Assembly: GCA_963790475.1 (NCBI GenBank)
Contig: CAWBOS010000012.1
Coordinates: 1,312,001 to 1,376,000 of the forward strand
Direction of reading: 5' to 3'
Length of the DNA stretch: 64,000 bases
Source of the DNA: an uncultured delta proteobacterium
GTDB taxonomy: Bacteria > Desulfobacterota > RBG-13-43-22
The notes under the pieces are model-generated. The model had not been told where the DNA came from, made no database searches, and worked only from the letters and a program-made list of their open reading frames with translations. Both the position numbers and the translations under genes were made by a program. The first letter of the stretch is position 1. Each line of letters opens with the position of its first letter. This document shows, in pieces, positions 1-9,730 of the stretch.

Positions 1-1346
1 AAACCCTGGCGGATCTGAAGGCCGGGAAAGTGGATATCGTGATCGGGACTCATCGATTGCTTCAAAAGGATATCCAATTCAGGGATCTGGGACTGATTAT
101 CATTGATGAGGAGCACCGCTTTGGCGTTTCCCATAAAGAGCGGCTCAAGACCCTGAGGACCCAGGTGGATTGCCTGACCCTGACCGCCACCCCCATTCCC
201 CGAACCCTGCAGCTGTCTCTGACCGGGATCCGGGATTTGAGCACCATAGAGACCCCGCCGGAGGACCGTCAATCCATCCGGACCCATATCATCCCTTTTG
301 ATGAAGCCAAAATCGTTGAAGCAGTCCGGCGTGAACTTCAACGGGGCGGGCAGGTCTTTTTTGTCCATAACCGGGTCCATAATATTCAGTCCATGGCCTA
401 TTTTTTGAAAAAGATTTTACCCGAGGTGCGGATCGGCGTCGGACATGGACAGTTGCCGGAAAGGGAATTGGAAAAGGTGATGCTCCAGTTTGTCCGCCGG
501 GAATTGGATCTCCTGGTCTGTACGACGATAATTGAATCCGGGCTGGACATCCCTACGGCCAACACCATTATCCTCAATCAAGCCGACCGGTTTGGACTGG
601 CCCAGATGTATCAGTTGCGGGGCCGGGTAGGGCGTTCACGGGAAAGGGCCTATGCCTACCTGGTTGTTTCCGGGGAGAGTACCCTGACCCGGGATGCCCA
701 GAAACGTTTGAAGGTCCTGATGGATTTCAGCGAACTGGGGGCCGGGTTCAAGATCGCCCTTCACGATCTGCGGATACGCGGGGCCGGACATCTATTGGGC
801 ACCAGCCAGTCGGGGCATGTAGCCGCTGTAGGCTATGAGATGTATATTCAGATGCTGGAACAGGCCATTAACGAATTAAAAGGGGGCGGTCCGGTCCCGG
901 AGTGGGAGCCCGAAATTCGGCTTCGGGTCCCGGCCTTCATACCGGAAAAATACGTGCCGGACCCCGGACATCGGTTATCTTTGTACAAACGTTTAACTTC
1001 TTTGAAGACCGAAGATGAATTGGTCGATATGCGGGAGGAAATGGAAGACCGCTTCGGGTCGATTCCGGAAGCTTTAACCAATCTGTTACAGGTCTTGAAT
1101 ATCAAACAGAAGATGAGAACAATAGGAATAGAACGGATCGAGATCCTGGAAAACGATCTGGTTTTTTCTTTTTACCCTGGAGGAGCCTGGAAACCGGAGA
1201 GGCTGGTGGCCCTGGTCCAGCAAAACCCCCGAAGTTATCGTTTTAAAGGAGAAGGGAAGCTATACGTAACCTATAAAAGTGAAAAGACTGAATTGGAAAC
1301 CACTGGGGGGCTGCTGGAAGAGTTTGCTCTGCGGTTAATCGGGTAA
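1..1346 (+). CDS. mfd: Transcription-repair coupling factor, C-terminal part (5' truncated by window edge)
   Basis: SF2 helicase motifs [23 protein letters not shown]; TRG motif HDLRIRGAG; C-terminal TRCF domain. Confidence 0.96.
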   Translation, partial: TLADLKAGKVDIVIGTHRLLQKDIQFRDLGLIIIDEEHRFGVSHKERLKTLRTQVDCLTLTATPIPRTLQLSLTGIRDLSTIETPPEDRQSIRTHIIPFDEAKIVEAVRRELQRGGQVFFVHNRVHNIQSMAYFLKKILPEVRIGVGHGQLPERELEKVMLQFVRRELDLLVCTTIIESGLDIPTANTIILNQADRFGLAQMYQLRGRVGRSRERAYAYLVVSGESTLTRDAQKRLKVLMDFSELGAGFKIALHDLRIRGAGHLLGTSQSGHVAAVGYEMYIQMLEQAINELKGGGPVPEWEPEIRLRVPAFIPEKYVPDPGHRLSLYKRLTSLKTEDELVDMREEMEDRFGSIPEALTNLLQVLNIKQKMRTIGIERIEILENDLVFSFYPGGAWKPERLVALVQQNPRSYRFKGEGKLYVTYKSEKTELETTGGLLEEFALRLIG

Positions 1347-1351
1347 TGATT

Positions 1352-1586
1352 GCTCATAGCTCATGGCTGATAGCTCATAGGTAATGACTTCAAGATAAAA
1401 ACTGAAAGTCTAACATCACAATGATAATCTCATAAAAGGCCTCCAAAACCTGTCTTACCCCGAAGGCTGCAAACTTCAAGCCGATTTTCATCGAAATAGC
1501 AAGAAAATAAATTTTTGACGACCTTTTGCAAAACCATCAAATTTGATAGTCATTTTTCTATGAGTTATCAGCTATGGGCTGTCAGC
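1352..1586. repeat. Inverted pair of 7-bp tandem arrays (arms 1352-1380 and 1558-1586)
   Basis: gctcata-gctcatg-gctgata-gctcata-g versus ctatgag-ttatcag-ctatggg-ctgtcag-c; 24/29 match to the reverse complement. Confidence 0.85.
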
Positions 1587-1595
1587 TGTCCCGTC

Positions 1596-1623
1596 TTGAC
1601 AACTTCAAATCCATGATTATATT
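1596..1623 (+). promoter_or_regulatory. Putative sigma70 promoter of the hsp20 pair
   Basis: TTGACA-N16-TATATT about 30 bp upstream of the start; RBS AAGGAGG. Confidence 0.5.
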
Positions 1624-1653
1624 TTTCCCAAAAATATTACAGGTAAGGAGGGG

Positions 1654-2121
1654 ATGACGATGACTCTATGGAGATGGGGGTCGCCGAATACCTTTGGAAA
1701 CACCTTTCAGGAAGTGGAAAGACTGCAAAATGAAATGAATCGACTTTGGGGGATGGTATCGGGTACACCGGCCAGCACCGAGAGGGCGCGGATTTTTCCG
1801 CCGGTGGTGGTCAGTGAGGATAGCGACTATTTGTATGTGAGAGCCGAACTTCCCGGAGTGGAAACGAGCCATTTGGATCTTTCAGTAGTTAATGATCAAC
1901 TCATTTTAAGGGGTGAACGCAAGACCGTAGAAGAAGGGGAAAAGGTTAATTGTCACCGTAGGGAAAGAGAAGAAGGTATCTTCCGACGGGTAATTACCCT
2001 ACCCTCCAGGGTGAATACCGAAAAGGTGGAAGCCCGAACCAAGAACGGGATATTAACCATTAAATTGGCCAAGGCCGAGGAGGTCAAACCCCGACCGATT
2101 CAGATCCAGGTGGGGCAGTAA
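1654..2121 (+). CDS. Hsp20/alpha-crystallin small heat-shock protein
   Basis: AELPGV, FRRVITLP, NGILTI motifs. Confidence 0.93.
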   Translation: MTMTLWRWGSPNTFGNTFQEVERLQNEMNRLWGMVSGTPASTERARIFPPVVVSEDSDYLYVRAELPGVETSHLDLSVVNDQLILRGERKTVEEGEKVNCHRREREEGIFRRVITLPSRVNTEKVEARTKNGILTIKLAKAEEVKPRPIQIQVGQ

Positions 2122-2134
2122 GTAATTTAACGAG

Positions 2135-2545
2135 GTGAAGACTATGACGGAAAAAGAAATGCAGTTCAGAGAAAAGCAGGAATTAAGGGGGTCGGGGGAA
2201 CCGACCAAAACCGGTCTGACTTTTATCCCGGCCGTCGATATTTTTGAAACGGAAGAGGCCCTGACCTTGATGGCTGAGATGCCGGGGGTCGACCAGGAGG
2301 GGTTACATCTTGATCTTAAAGACAATCAGATATCTATCCTGGGGGAAGTGGGAGAATCTCCCGGTCCTCAGGAAAGGACCCTGCTCAAAGAGTTTGAGAC
2401 AGGAAGATTCTTTCGGCAATTTAATTTGTCGGAGGTCATTGATCAGAATAAAATCAGCGCCCACCTCAAGAACGGGGTTCTGAAGGTGGTTTTGCCTAAA
2501 ATCGAAAAAGCCAAACCACGAAAGATTGAGGTTACGGTGGACTAA
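2135..2545 (+). CDS. Hsp20 small heat-shock protein
   Basis: PAVDIFE, AEMPGV, NGVLKVVLPK. Confidence 0.93.
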   Translation: MKTMTEKEMQFREKQELRGSGEPTKTGLTFIPAVDIFETEEALTLMAEMPGVDQEGLHLDLKDNQISILGEVGESPGPQERTLLKEFETGRFFRQFNLSEVIDQNKISAHLKNGVLKVVLPKIEKAKPRKIEVTVD

Positions 2546-2556
2546 CGATGCATCTG

Positions 2557-2639
2557 GACAGGATTTAGAGGATAATTAACTTTCGCCCTTTCCGGAAGAA
2601 AAGGCAGACATAGATCCTAATGATCCTGTTAATCTTGTC
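2557..2639. repeat. REP-like palindrome with 9-bp-periodic arms and an inner hairpin, between convergent genes
   Basis: gacaggatttagaggat / atcctgttaatcttgtc (14/17 inverted match); inner gccctttccggaagaaaaggc. Confidence 0.65.
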
Positions 2640-2641
2640 AC

Positions 2642-2878
2642 CTATTTTTTTGCAGGAGCGGGCTTGGGTGCCGAATTAGAAGGTGCCGGGCCCGCATTTT
2701 TTTTGAGGACCTGGCTTTTCAGATATTGCCTCATCTTCCGGTCGGCCTCAAAGATTTCTTCCGCATCCGGACCGGAGATATTATAAGAATAGCCTTTTTT
2801 ATTGTCATGGAAAAGCCTGATCTGGAGGGCGGTGGTCAGGACCAAAGTGATCAGAATAAAAGAGGACATGATTTTCAT
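2642..2878 (-). CDS. Small hypothetical protein with hydrophobic N-terminus
   Basis: 78-aa ORF only. Confidence 0.35.
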   Translation of the reverse strand: MKIMSSFILITLVLTTALQIRLFHDNKKGYSYNISGPDAEEIFEADRKMRQYLKSQVLKKNAGPAPSNSAPKPAPAKK

Positions 2879-2913
2879 GCTTTTTGGACCTTTCTAAAAA
2901 AGGGTAAACTTAA

Positions 2914-3020
2914 AGGGTCAAGGTTCAAGGTGTACGTTAAAACGGATCAATAATCTATAGTCTCGGAAAAGATTGAAGGATAAGGATCGGATTTCGTATC
3001 TAACCGAAAACCTTAAACCT
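2914..3020. repeat. Inverted 7-bp arrays (2914-2934 / 3001-3020)
   Basis: agggtca-aggttca-aggtgta and taaccgaaaaccttaaacct (rc aggttta-aggtttt-cggtta); right arm begins at the mesB stop. Confidence 0.6.
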
Positions 3021-4104
3021 ATATTTTAAATCTTTCCCTGGCCCTAATACTCACCTCGGCCAATAAAGCCAGGAGCTGCCTGGCCGTCTGTTCGGAAAGG
3101 GTTCCCATTCCGCAGGCCGGAGTGAGCAGGGCCTGGGTGTATAACCGGCCTTGATCGATTCCTTGACTGATCAGGTTTTCAAAAAGGGCGGCCAATCGGT
3201 CCAGCAGGCCGGAGGCCGTTTCTTTTCCGGTGAAGCCAGTAGTCGGGACCAGGCCCCAAGCCACGGCCTTTCCTTTTTCCAGGAATTTTTTAATCTCCCG
3301 AGGATAAAGTATAAAAGAAGATCCAAAATTAAAGGCATCTAAATTGATGATATCCAGGTCCAGAGAAAGCAGCAAGGACCAATCGGTATTGCCGCAACAA
3401 TGAAGACCGATCAGAGTTCCGACCTGCTCCCGAATGTGTTGTATGGTTTCTCCTAAAATTTTTATGACTTCATCTTTAGACAAGGGGGTGAAGGCCGAAC
3501 CATAACCGGAAAGAGAGGGTTCATCCAAAAAGATGATTGATTTCCGGTGTAAGTCTTCAAACTTTTTTACCTGATAAACGGCCTGCAAGGCCAACCCCCT
3601 GACCACCGTATCCATCAATTCCGGATCATGAATCAGAAACCGGTCAGAGGACAGTTTGACACTCAAACCCAGGGTAATGGGGCCTACGATCTGCCCTTTG
3701 ATATAGCGGACCGTAGAAGGAAGAGAGGGCAGGATCTCCAACAGCCGGTAAAACCCTGAGGCAAATTCCGGAAGAAGTGAAAAGAAAGAAAAATCGGAGG
3801 CCAAAAATTTTTCATAAAAAAGTAATAGGGCATCCGCCCGGTTACAGTCCGGATCATAAGATAAACTTTTCTGCGCAAGATCGGGTTGAAGACAGGGCAG
3901 GGGGGGACTATATTGGAGGACCATATCCTCCCGTGGGTCTTTCTGAACCAACTGGGGCCAAAAAGGGATCAAAGATTCCTGTGACAGGATTTCCCGACAG
4001 GCCTGTTCTGGTAAAAGAAAAGGAACGCTGCCGATTCCTGTGGCGCTGAAGGGGGCCAGGTCTTTCCAAAGGGTGTTTTGAGTCATTGGTTTCTTTTCGG
4101 ACAT
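3019..4104 (-). CDS. Core-MetE / MesB-like folate-independent methionine synthase
   Basis: Single MetE catalytic barrel: TGIGS..P, FWPQL, KGQIVGP, DEP, Zn ligands HCC and TPACG. Confidence 0.75.
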   Translation of the reverse strand: MSEKKPMTQNTLWKDLAPFSATGIGSVPFLLPEQACREILSQESLIPFWPQLVQKDPREDMVLQYSPPLPCLQPDLAQKSLSYDPDCNRADALLLFYEKFLASDFSFFSLLPEFASGFYRLLEILPSLPSTVRYIKGQIVGPITLGLSVKLSSDRFLIHDPELMDTVVRGLALQAVYQVKKFEDLHRKSIIFLDEPSLSGYGSAFTPLSKDEVIKILGETIQHIREQVGTLIGLHCCGNTDWSLLLSLDLDIINLDAFNFGSSFILYPREIKKFLEKGKAVAWGLVPTTGFTGKETASGLLDRLAALFENLISQGIDQGRLYTQALLTPACGMGTLSEQTARQLLALLAEVSIRARERFKI

Positions 4105-4108
4105 GAAA

Positions 4109-4189
4109 GGCAAAGAGCATAGAGCAAAGGGTAGTGTGCTTTTCCGATTCCCTTTGAGCTTTCGGCTATAGGCTATGAGCTATATGCTA
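4109..4189. repeat. Opposed 7-bp arrays filling the efp-mesB spacer
   Basis: ggcaaag-agcatag-agcaaag-gg / cc-ctttgag-ctttcgg-ctatagg-ctatgag-ctatatg-cta. Confidence 0.8.
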
Positions 4190-4747
4190 TTTCACCCTTT
4201 CCATGTAATTCCCTGTTCGAGTATCAACCCGAATCCGGTCTCCCTCGGATATGAATAAGGGGACCTGGATAACGGCCCCGGTTTCCAAGGTAGCGGGCTT
4301 ATTCCCCCCGGTGGCTGTGTCTCCTTTGAATCCGGGTTCGGTGGCGGTTACCGTCAGTTCTACAAAGTTAGGTAATTCCAGACCCAGTGGTTCTTTATTG
4401 AAGTAGAGAAGCTTGATATTGATATTTTCCTGAAGAAACTGAACCTGGTCCCCTATCTGGTCTTTGGACAGATAAATTTGGTCATAGGTGACGTTGTCCA
4501 TAAAAACAAAGTTGTCCCCTTCCCGATAGAGAAACTGCATCTCTTTTTCTTCCATATCCGGACGTCCCACCTTTTCCCCGGAACGGAAGGTTTGATCGAC
4601 GACTCTTCCATTGATCATGTTTTTTAGTTTGGTTCGTACAAAGGCCCCACCCTTTCCCGGTTTGACGTGCTGGAAATCAACGATCAGGTAAGGCTTTCCT
4701 TCTATTTCGATTTTAAGCCCTTTTCGGAATTCGGCAGTGGAATACAT
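4187..4747 (-). CDS. efp: Elongation factor P
   Basis: HVKPGKGGAFVRTKLKN, PGFKGDTA. Confidence 0.98.
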   Translation of the reverse strand: MYSTAEFRKGLKIEIEGKPYLIVDFQHVKPGKGGAFVRTKLKNMINGRVVDQTFRSGEKVGRPDMEEKEMQFLYREGDNFVFMDNVTYDQIYLSKDQIGDQVQFLQENINIKLLYFNKEPLGLELPNFVELTVTATEPGFKGDTATGGNKPATLETGAVIQVPLFISEGDRIRVDTRTGNYMERVK

Positions 4748-4849
4748 AAAATTGGTTAACAAACCTCCTGGATAAAATTTTTGATAAGGTCTTTTCTAAT
4801 GACCAAAGCTTAGGTAGTTCAACCTTTCCGAGTAAGAAAAAAACTATTA

Positions 4850-5512
4850 TCAGGCCTTGTCTTCTTTTAGCTGGGAAAGCCAGCCGGTCAAGGTTGAAAG
4901 AATGTTGGAATCGGAGGGGACTACCTTTGGTGTTTCTTTTTCATTTTTGTTTTTTTCGGGGGTTGAAAGGGATGATTCTTCATTGGCGATTTGGGAATAG
5001 GGCTTGGTTTCCAAAACTCCCTGCGGGTGATTTGCAGGAACGGGGCAATCCGCCCCAGTCCGAAATTCCTCTTCGGGAAAAAGCGAGGGGACCGGGGTAT
5101 CGGCTTTTCCTACAGGATCTTCTTCCGGGTAATGGGAAAGGAGCTGAAAGAGTTGATGGAACCACTCCGACAATTTGTTTTCTTCACGGTGCCGGAGGTC
5201 TTTGGAGATTGAATCAAATATCGGAGCCAACTGATTTAATTCCTGAACCACGGTCTTTATTTCCGTCCGAGCCTCTTCCTTTTCCGACAGATCCAAATAG
5301 GATATGGCCATTCCCAGACGTAACCCCATATCCCCAGGGAAATAATTTAATCCCAGACGACAGAGTTCGAGAGATTGTTGAGGTTTTTTTTGAGCCCTGA
5401 AGAATTCTGCGATGGCTACAATTAACGGATAAGAAGGTTCTATCTCTATGGAAAGATTTTTTCTCTCCGGTTGTTGTTGACCGCCGTTACTTAGAATGGG
5501 TGCCAGTGACAT
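4850..5512 (-). CDS. Hypothetical protein with TPR-like N-terminal helices and a low-complexity linker
   Basis: LELCRLGLNYFPGD..LRLGMA TPR-like segment; RBS AAGGAGG. Confidence 0.55.
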   Translation of the reverse strand: MSLAPILSNGGQQQPERKNLSIEIEPSYPLIVAIAEFFRAQKKPQQSLELCRLGLNYFPGDMGLRLGMAISYLDLSEKEEARTEIKTVVQELNQLAPIFDSISKDLRHREENKLSEWFHQLFQLLSHYPEEDPVGKADTPVPSLFPEEEFRTGADCPVPANHPQGVLETKPYSQIANEESSLSTPEKNKNEKETPKVVPSDSNILSTLTGWLSQLKEDKA

Positions 5513-5831
5513 TTCGCGGTGCCTCCTTGGAATGGCCTTCATCGAGAAAAAATATAATTTCGTCAGGTTTAACTAACCCGAATTCCCTTCGGGCGACTTC
5601 TTCCAGATAGATGGGATCATGCTTGAGGCGGGAAATTTCTCTAAACATTTCCTCATTTTTCAAATTGAGTTGTTGATTAGAAAGGATCAGGGTTTCCCTT
5701 TTTTGGGCCAATAGCCTGATCTTCCCAACTTCTTGATATCCTTTAATAGTCAAAAAAAACAGAGCAACACAGAGCAAGATCGGGAGAAACCAAAAAGACC
5801 ACCTTTGGGTGAGCTTAAACATGAAGTTCAC
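5487..5831 (-). CDS. ftsB: Septum formation initiator FtsB/DivIC
   Basis: TM helix, coiled coil, YLEEVARREFGLVKPDE. Confidence 0.85.
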   Translation of the reverse strand: MNFMFKLTQRWSFWFLPILLCVALFFLTIKGYQEVGKIRLLAQKRETLILSNQQLNLKNEEMFREISRLKHDPIYLEEVARREFGLVKPDEIIFFLDEGHSKEAPRNVTGTHSK

Positions 5832-6094
5832 GCTTGAATTCTCTCCAACGCCATCCTATCCCGGAATAAGATCGGTTCCCTTGCCGGGATTCTTCGCTTT
5901 TCCCGGTCGCTGAAAAAAAATATACTTTGATAATACACGGATTTTTATTAAAAATCCACTTTTATCTTTTTAAAGCAAAATGTGTCTTAGGTCAAGAGGA
6001 TTTATTGATAATTGGCCTGTTTGATTAAGAAAGGAAATTAGTCTATAATAACAAAATTATTTCACGAAATAACCTTAAGGGGAGAGGAAATCTT

Positions 6095-6790
6095 TTGCCT
6101 GGGAAAGGAAGGGAAATGAAAAAGGGATTAGGATTTGGAATCTGTTTGGTAATGGGGATTTTACTGGTGGTCAGTTCTATTGCCCAGGAAGGCGTATTAT
6201 GGGTAGACAAATTTTCTGTTGGGAAGCAGTCTGGCGGCATTCCTGAAGGGTGGAGCTTAGAGAAAAAGACCGGTGAGCCTGAAATAAAAGTCGAACAAAC
6301 CGGGGATAATGCTTATGTCCATTTTCGTTCCGCCAATTCCTCCTTCGGCTTAAAGAAAGAAATGGATTTTTCCATCAAAGACTACCCCTATCTGAACTGG
6401 AAATGGAAAGTGACTCAACTGCCGGAAAAAGGAGATTTCTTAAAAAAAGAGACCGATGATCAAGCGGCCCAGGTCTATGTTATTTTCCCGCGCTTCCCGG
6501 CCAAGCTGAATACCGAAATTGTCGGTTATCTCTGGGAAAGCAACCGGAAGAACAAAGGGGCAGAGGGTGTAAGCCCGGCCTGGTCAAAGTCCAAGGTCAT
6601 TGTCCTTCAGGCCGGTCCAGAGAAGTTGAATCAATGGGTGCAGGAAAAACGGAATGTTTATGAAGATTATAAGAAGTTATTCAAGAAAGAACCGCCTAAG
6701 ACCGGCGGGATCTCCTTGTATATCAATACCCAGCATACTCAGGGCAAAGGGGAATGCTTTTTCAGTCAGATTTATTTTTCCAAGAATTGA
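6095..6790 (+). CDS. DUF3047-family exported protein
   Basis: Signal peptide; PYLNWKWKV, DDQAAQVYV, WVQEKRNVYEDY. Confidence 0.8.
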   Translation: MPGKGREMKKGLGFGICLVMGILLVVSSIAQEGVLWVDKFSVGKQSGGIPEGWSLEKKTGEPEIKVEQTGDNAYVHFRSANSSFGLKKEMDFSIKDYPYLNWKWKVTQLPEKGDFLKKETDDQAAQVYVIFPRFPAKLNTEIVGYLWESNRKNKGAEGVSPAWSKSKVIVLQAGPEKLNQWVQEKRNVYEDYKKLFKKEPPKTGGISLYINTQHTQGKGECFFSQIYFSKN

Positions 6791-6792
6791 AA

Positions 6793-6940
6793 CAGGCCTG
6801 AGGCTTGAGGCAAGAGGGATGAGGCGAGAAGGAATTCGAACTTGCCGATTTAGGAATGTTATTATGAGGTCCGCTGAAGGGGAGGCCGCCCTTTTTTAAA
6901 ATAACGCTTTTTGATTTTTGTGCCCCATGCTTCAGGCCTG
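6793..6940. repeat. Inverted 7-bp arrays between convergent genes (6793-6828 / 6921-6940)
   Basis: c-aggcctg-aggcttg-aggcaag-agggatg-aggcgag vs tgccccatgcttcaggcctg; 17/20 inverted match. Confidence 0.85.
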
Positions 6941-6943
6941 CTT

Positions 6944-7765
6944 TTAGTCCCCCTGCCTCACACCTGTTTTTATGACTTCATCGACAATCCGGTTAAAGGC
7001 CCGGACTAAGGGCGAATCTTCGTGACCCTTGAAATAGGGCCGACCGGCATCGGCTTCTGAAACCAGACTTGGCTCCAAGGGAATCCGGCCCAGGAAAGGG
7101 ACCCCCCATTCCCGGGCCAGGGCTTCTCCACCACCTTGTTTAAAAAGATCGATTTCCTTCGCGCAATGAGGACAGATCAAACCACTCATGTTCTCAATCA
7201 CCCCGAGAATGACTATGGAGACCTTGTTTAAAAACTGCAAGGACCGTCGAACATCCTCTATAGCCACCTGTTGAGGGGTGGTGACCACGATGGCCCGGAC
7301 ATCGGGAATCAATTGGGCTATGGATAGGGATTCGTCTCCGGTCCCTGGAGGGGCATCGATGACCAAAAAATCCAAAGGTCCCCAGAGGACCTCTCCCAGA
7401 AGCTGACGGATTGCCGCTCCTTTGCGAGGACCCCGCCAAATAACCGCTGTTTCCCGATCATCCAGAATAGAGGCCATAGAAATGACAACCAGCTTTTGAT
7501 TGTAGGCCAGTGGTTTTAAGAACCCCTTCTCCACGGTAACTTTTTGACCGGAAAGCCCCATCATTTTGGGGATGCTGGGTCCATGAAGGTCGATATCCAA
7601 AAGGCCGGTTTTAAATCCCCGGTGGGAAAGGGCTACCGCCAGATGCACCGCTACGGTGCTCTTTCCTACGCCTCCTTTTCCACTCAATACCAAGAACTTG
7701 TTCTTGATAAGGGCCATCGTGTCTCGAATTTTGGCCTTTTTTGCGATTTGATCCGGAAATTCCAA
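6944..7765 (-). CDS. mrp: Mrp/NBP35 Fe-S carrier P-loop ATPase
   Basis: SGKGGVGKST, DAPPGTGD, ENMS, CPHC; TTG start with AGGAG. Confidence 0.93.
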   Translation of the reverse strand: MEFPDQIAKKAKIRDTMALIKNKFLVLSGKGGVGKSTVAVHLAVALSHRGFKTGLLDIDLHGPSIPKMMGLSGQKVTVEKGFLKPLAYNQKLVVISMASILDDRETAVIWRGPRKGAAIRQLLGEVLWGPLDFLVIDAPPGTGDESLSIAQLIPDVRAIVVTTPQQVAIEDVRRSLQFLNKVSIVILGVIENMSGLICPHCAKEIDLFKQGGGEALAREWGVPFLGRIPLEPSLVSEADAGRPYFKGHEDSPLVRAFNRIVDEVIKTGVRQGD

Positions 7766-7919
7766 GGTTTCTCCTATTGTTTTCTGAAGCGGCGCTTCGC
7801 TCTAGCCCATCTTCCGCAGTTTGGAGAAAAAATCAAGAAAAACGTGATGAATTTTCAGGAATTGTTAAATGATTTCAAGTCCTGATCTTTGAAAATTGGA
7901 TGTAGTGAAGACCACCCCC

Positions 7920-7948
7920 TTGCCAGGTGCTGTGGGAACGGAGATAAT
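7920..7948 (+). promoter_or_regulatory. Putative transposase promoter giving a leaderless mRNA
   Basis: TTGCCA-N17-GATAAT, with ATG 7 nt downstream and no clear SD. Confidence 0.5.
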
Positions 7949-7954
7949 GGGGTT

Positions 7955-9730
7955 ATGTATCTCCGGCGTGCGACCAAAAAGAAAGGTGGAGCGGAGTACG
8001 AGAGCTGGCTTTTAGTTGAGTCGGTCCGTACTGCCCGAGGGCCCCGTCAGCGAGTAGTGGCGACGATAGGGAAACTTCCTGGCCTTGATCGGGAAGAGCG
8101 GATAGGTTGGGAGGAGATCGGACGGATTCTTTCCGGAAAGCCTCTACCTGGACCTGAACTGTTTGAGCAGGGGGAAGACCCCCCATCTTGGGCCACGGTC
8201 AATATCCATGGCGTAAGCGTCGAGCGACTCAGAGGCTTCGGCGATGTCTATTTGGGGTTGCTTTTGTGGAACAAACTGGGGCTTGCCAGGTTCTGCCGAG
8301 ATCATATTCCTTCCAACCGGGAAGAGATTCCTTGGTCGATCATGGCGTCTATTTTAGTTCTTGGACGCTTTTGCGCCCCATCGTCGGAATTACAGATGGC
8401 CGAGTTTTGGTATGGCCAGACGGCCTTAGACGATCTGCTGGGAGTGGCCGACTATAAGATCAATGAGGATCGGCTTTATCGTGCCCTGGATGCCTTGCTT
8501 CCCCACAAGGATGCCTTAAGCCGTCACCTTCAGGAGCGTTATGGGGAACTGTTCGGCAGTAGCTTTGATTTTTTGTTTTATGACATAACCTCCACCTATT
8601 TTGAGGGGACCGCCAAGGGCAATGCCCAGGCCAAGAGGGGTTACAGCCGGGACAGTCGTCCAGATTGTCCCCAGGTCTGCATCGGCCTGGTGGCCACCCG
8701 AGAGGGCTTTCCCATAGCCTTTGAGGTTTTTGACGGCAATCGACCGGATGTTACGACGACCCAAGAGATGGTTCAGATGATGGAGGCCAAATACGGCCAA
8801 GCCAACCGGATCTGGGTTATGGATCGCGGCATGGTGAGTGAGGAGAATCTGGAGTTTATGCGCAAAGTCGGTGCCCGCTATTTGGTCGGCACCCCAAAAG
8901 TGATGCTGAAGAAGTTTGAGCAGCAGCTTTTCGAACAGAACTGGGAAGCGGTCCAACCTGATGTTGAGGTCAAGCTCTGTTGCTCGCCGGAAGGAACGGA
9001 TGAAATCTTTGTCCTGTGCCGGTCTCAAGGCCGGAAGGAGAAAGAAAACGCCATTCTAAACCACTTTTTGACCCGACTGGAAAGCCAACTGGATCACCTG
9101 GCCCGCCAGGCCGAAACCGGCAAGCTCCGAGACAAGCAGAAAGTCGAGCGGAGAATAGGGCGACTGCTGGAACAAAATAAACGTGCGGCCTCGTTGTTCA
9201 ATATTACAGTCATAGAGACCGGTACCGGAAAAGACGCACCGCTTTCCCTAGAAGTCAAGAAGAACGAACAACGGCAACAGTGGGCCTTGGAGACCGGCGG
9301 TAGCTACATCCTGCGCACCAACTGGACCGAAAGTGACCCGAAAGTCCTATGGAATACCTACATCCAACTGACGGAAGTGGAAGATTCATTCCGTACCGAG
9401 AAACATGATCTGGGAATGCGACCGATCTTCCATCAAAAACAGGAACGGACCCAGGCTCATATCCTGGTCTGCTTCTTGGCGCTGACTATGTGGCGAACGC
9501 TCCAGCAATGGATGAAAGCCTCGGGACTCGGTACCGCCCCAAGAAAGCTGTTGGAGGAGTTGCGGGAATTGAAATCTTTGGATGTGCTACTACCGGCGCG
9601 GGAGAGAACCCTCCGGCTCAGAATGGTGGCTACTCCCTCAAAGGAACTCAAAGTGCTGCTTCAGAGATTGAAAATTCTGCTCCCCAACAAACCAAAAATT
9701 ATTGAAAATGTAGTGAAGAAAATGCCCTAA
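7955..9730 (+). CDS. IS1634-family DDE transposase
   Basis: YDITSTYFEG, GYSRDSRPD, VMDRGM, EDSFR..K..LGMRPIFH. Confidence 0.92.
   Translation: MYLRRATKKKGGAEYESWLLVESVRTARGPRQRVVATIGKLPGLDREERIGWEEIGRILSGKPLPGPELFEQGEDPPSWATVNIHGVSVERLRGFGDVYLGLLLWNKLGLARFCRDHIPSNREEIPWSIMASILVLGRFCAPSSELQMAEFWYGQTALDDLLGVADYKINEDRLYRALDALLPHKDALSRHLQERYGELFGSSFDFLFYDITSTYFEGTAKGNAQAKRGYSRDSRPDCPQVCIGLVATREGFPIAFEVFDGNRPDVTTTQEMVQMMEAKYGQANRIWVMDRGMVSEENLEFMRKVGARYLVGTPKVMLKKFEQQLFEQNWEAVQPDVEVKLCCSPEGTDEIFVLCRSQGRKEKENAILNHFLTRLESQLDHLARQAETGKLRDKQKVERRIGRLLEQNKRAASLFNITVIETGTGKDAPLSLEVKKNEQRQQWALETGGSYILRTNWTESDPKVLWNTYIQLTEVEDSFRTEKHDLGMRPIFHQKQERTQAHILVCFLALTMWRTLQQWMKASGLGTAPRKLLEELRELKSLDVLLPARERTLRLRMVATPSKELKVLLQRLKILLPNKPKIIENVVKKMP

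Noticed and set aside
1590-1660. CIRCE, HAIR or ROSE element before hsp20
   Set aside because: No matching inverted repeat or thermometer motif seen.
6047-6067. Rex operator (…TATTTCACGAA)
   Set aside because: Only one half-site matches.
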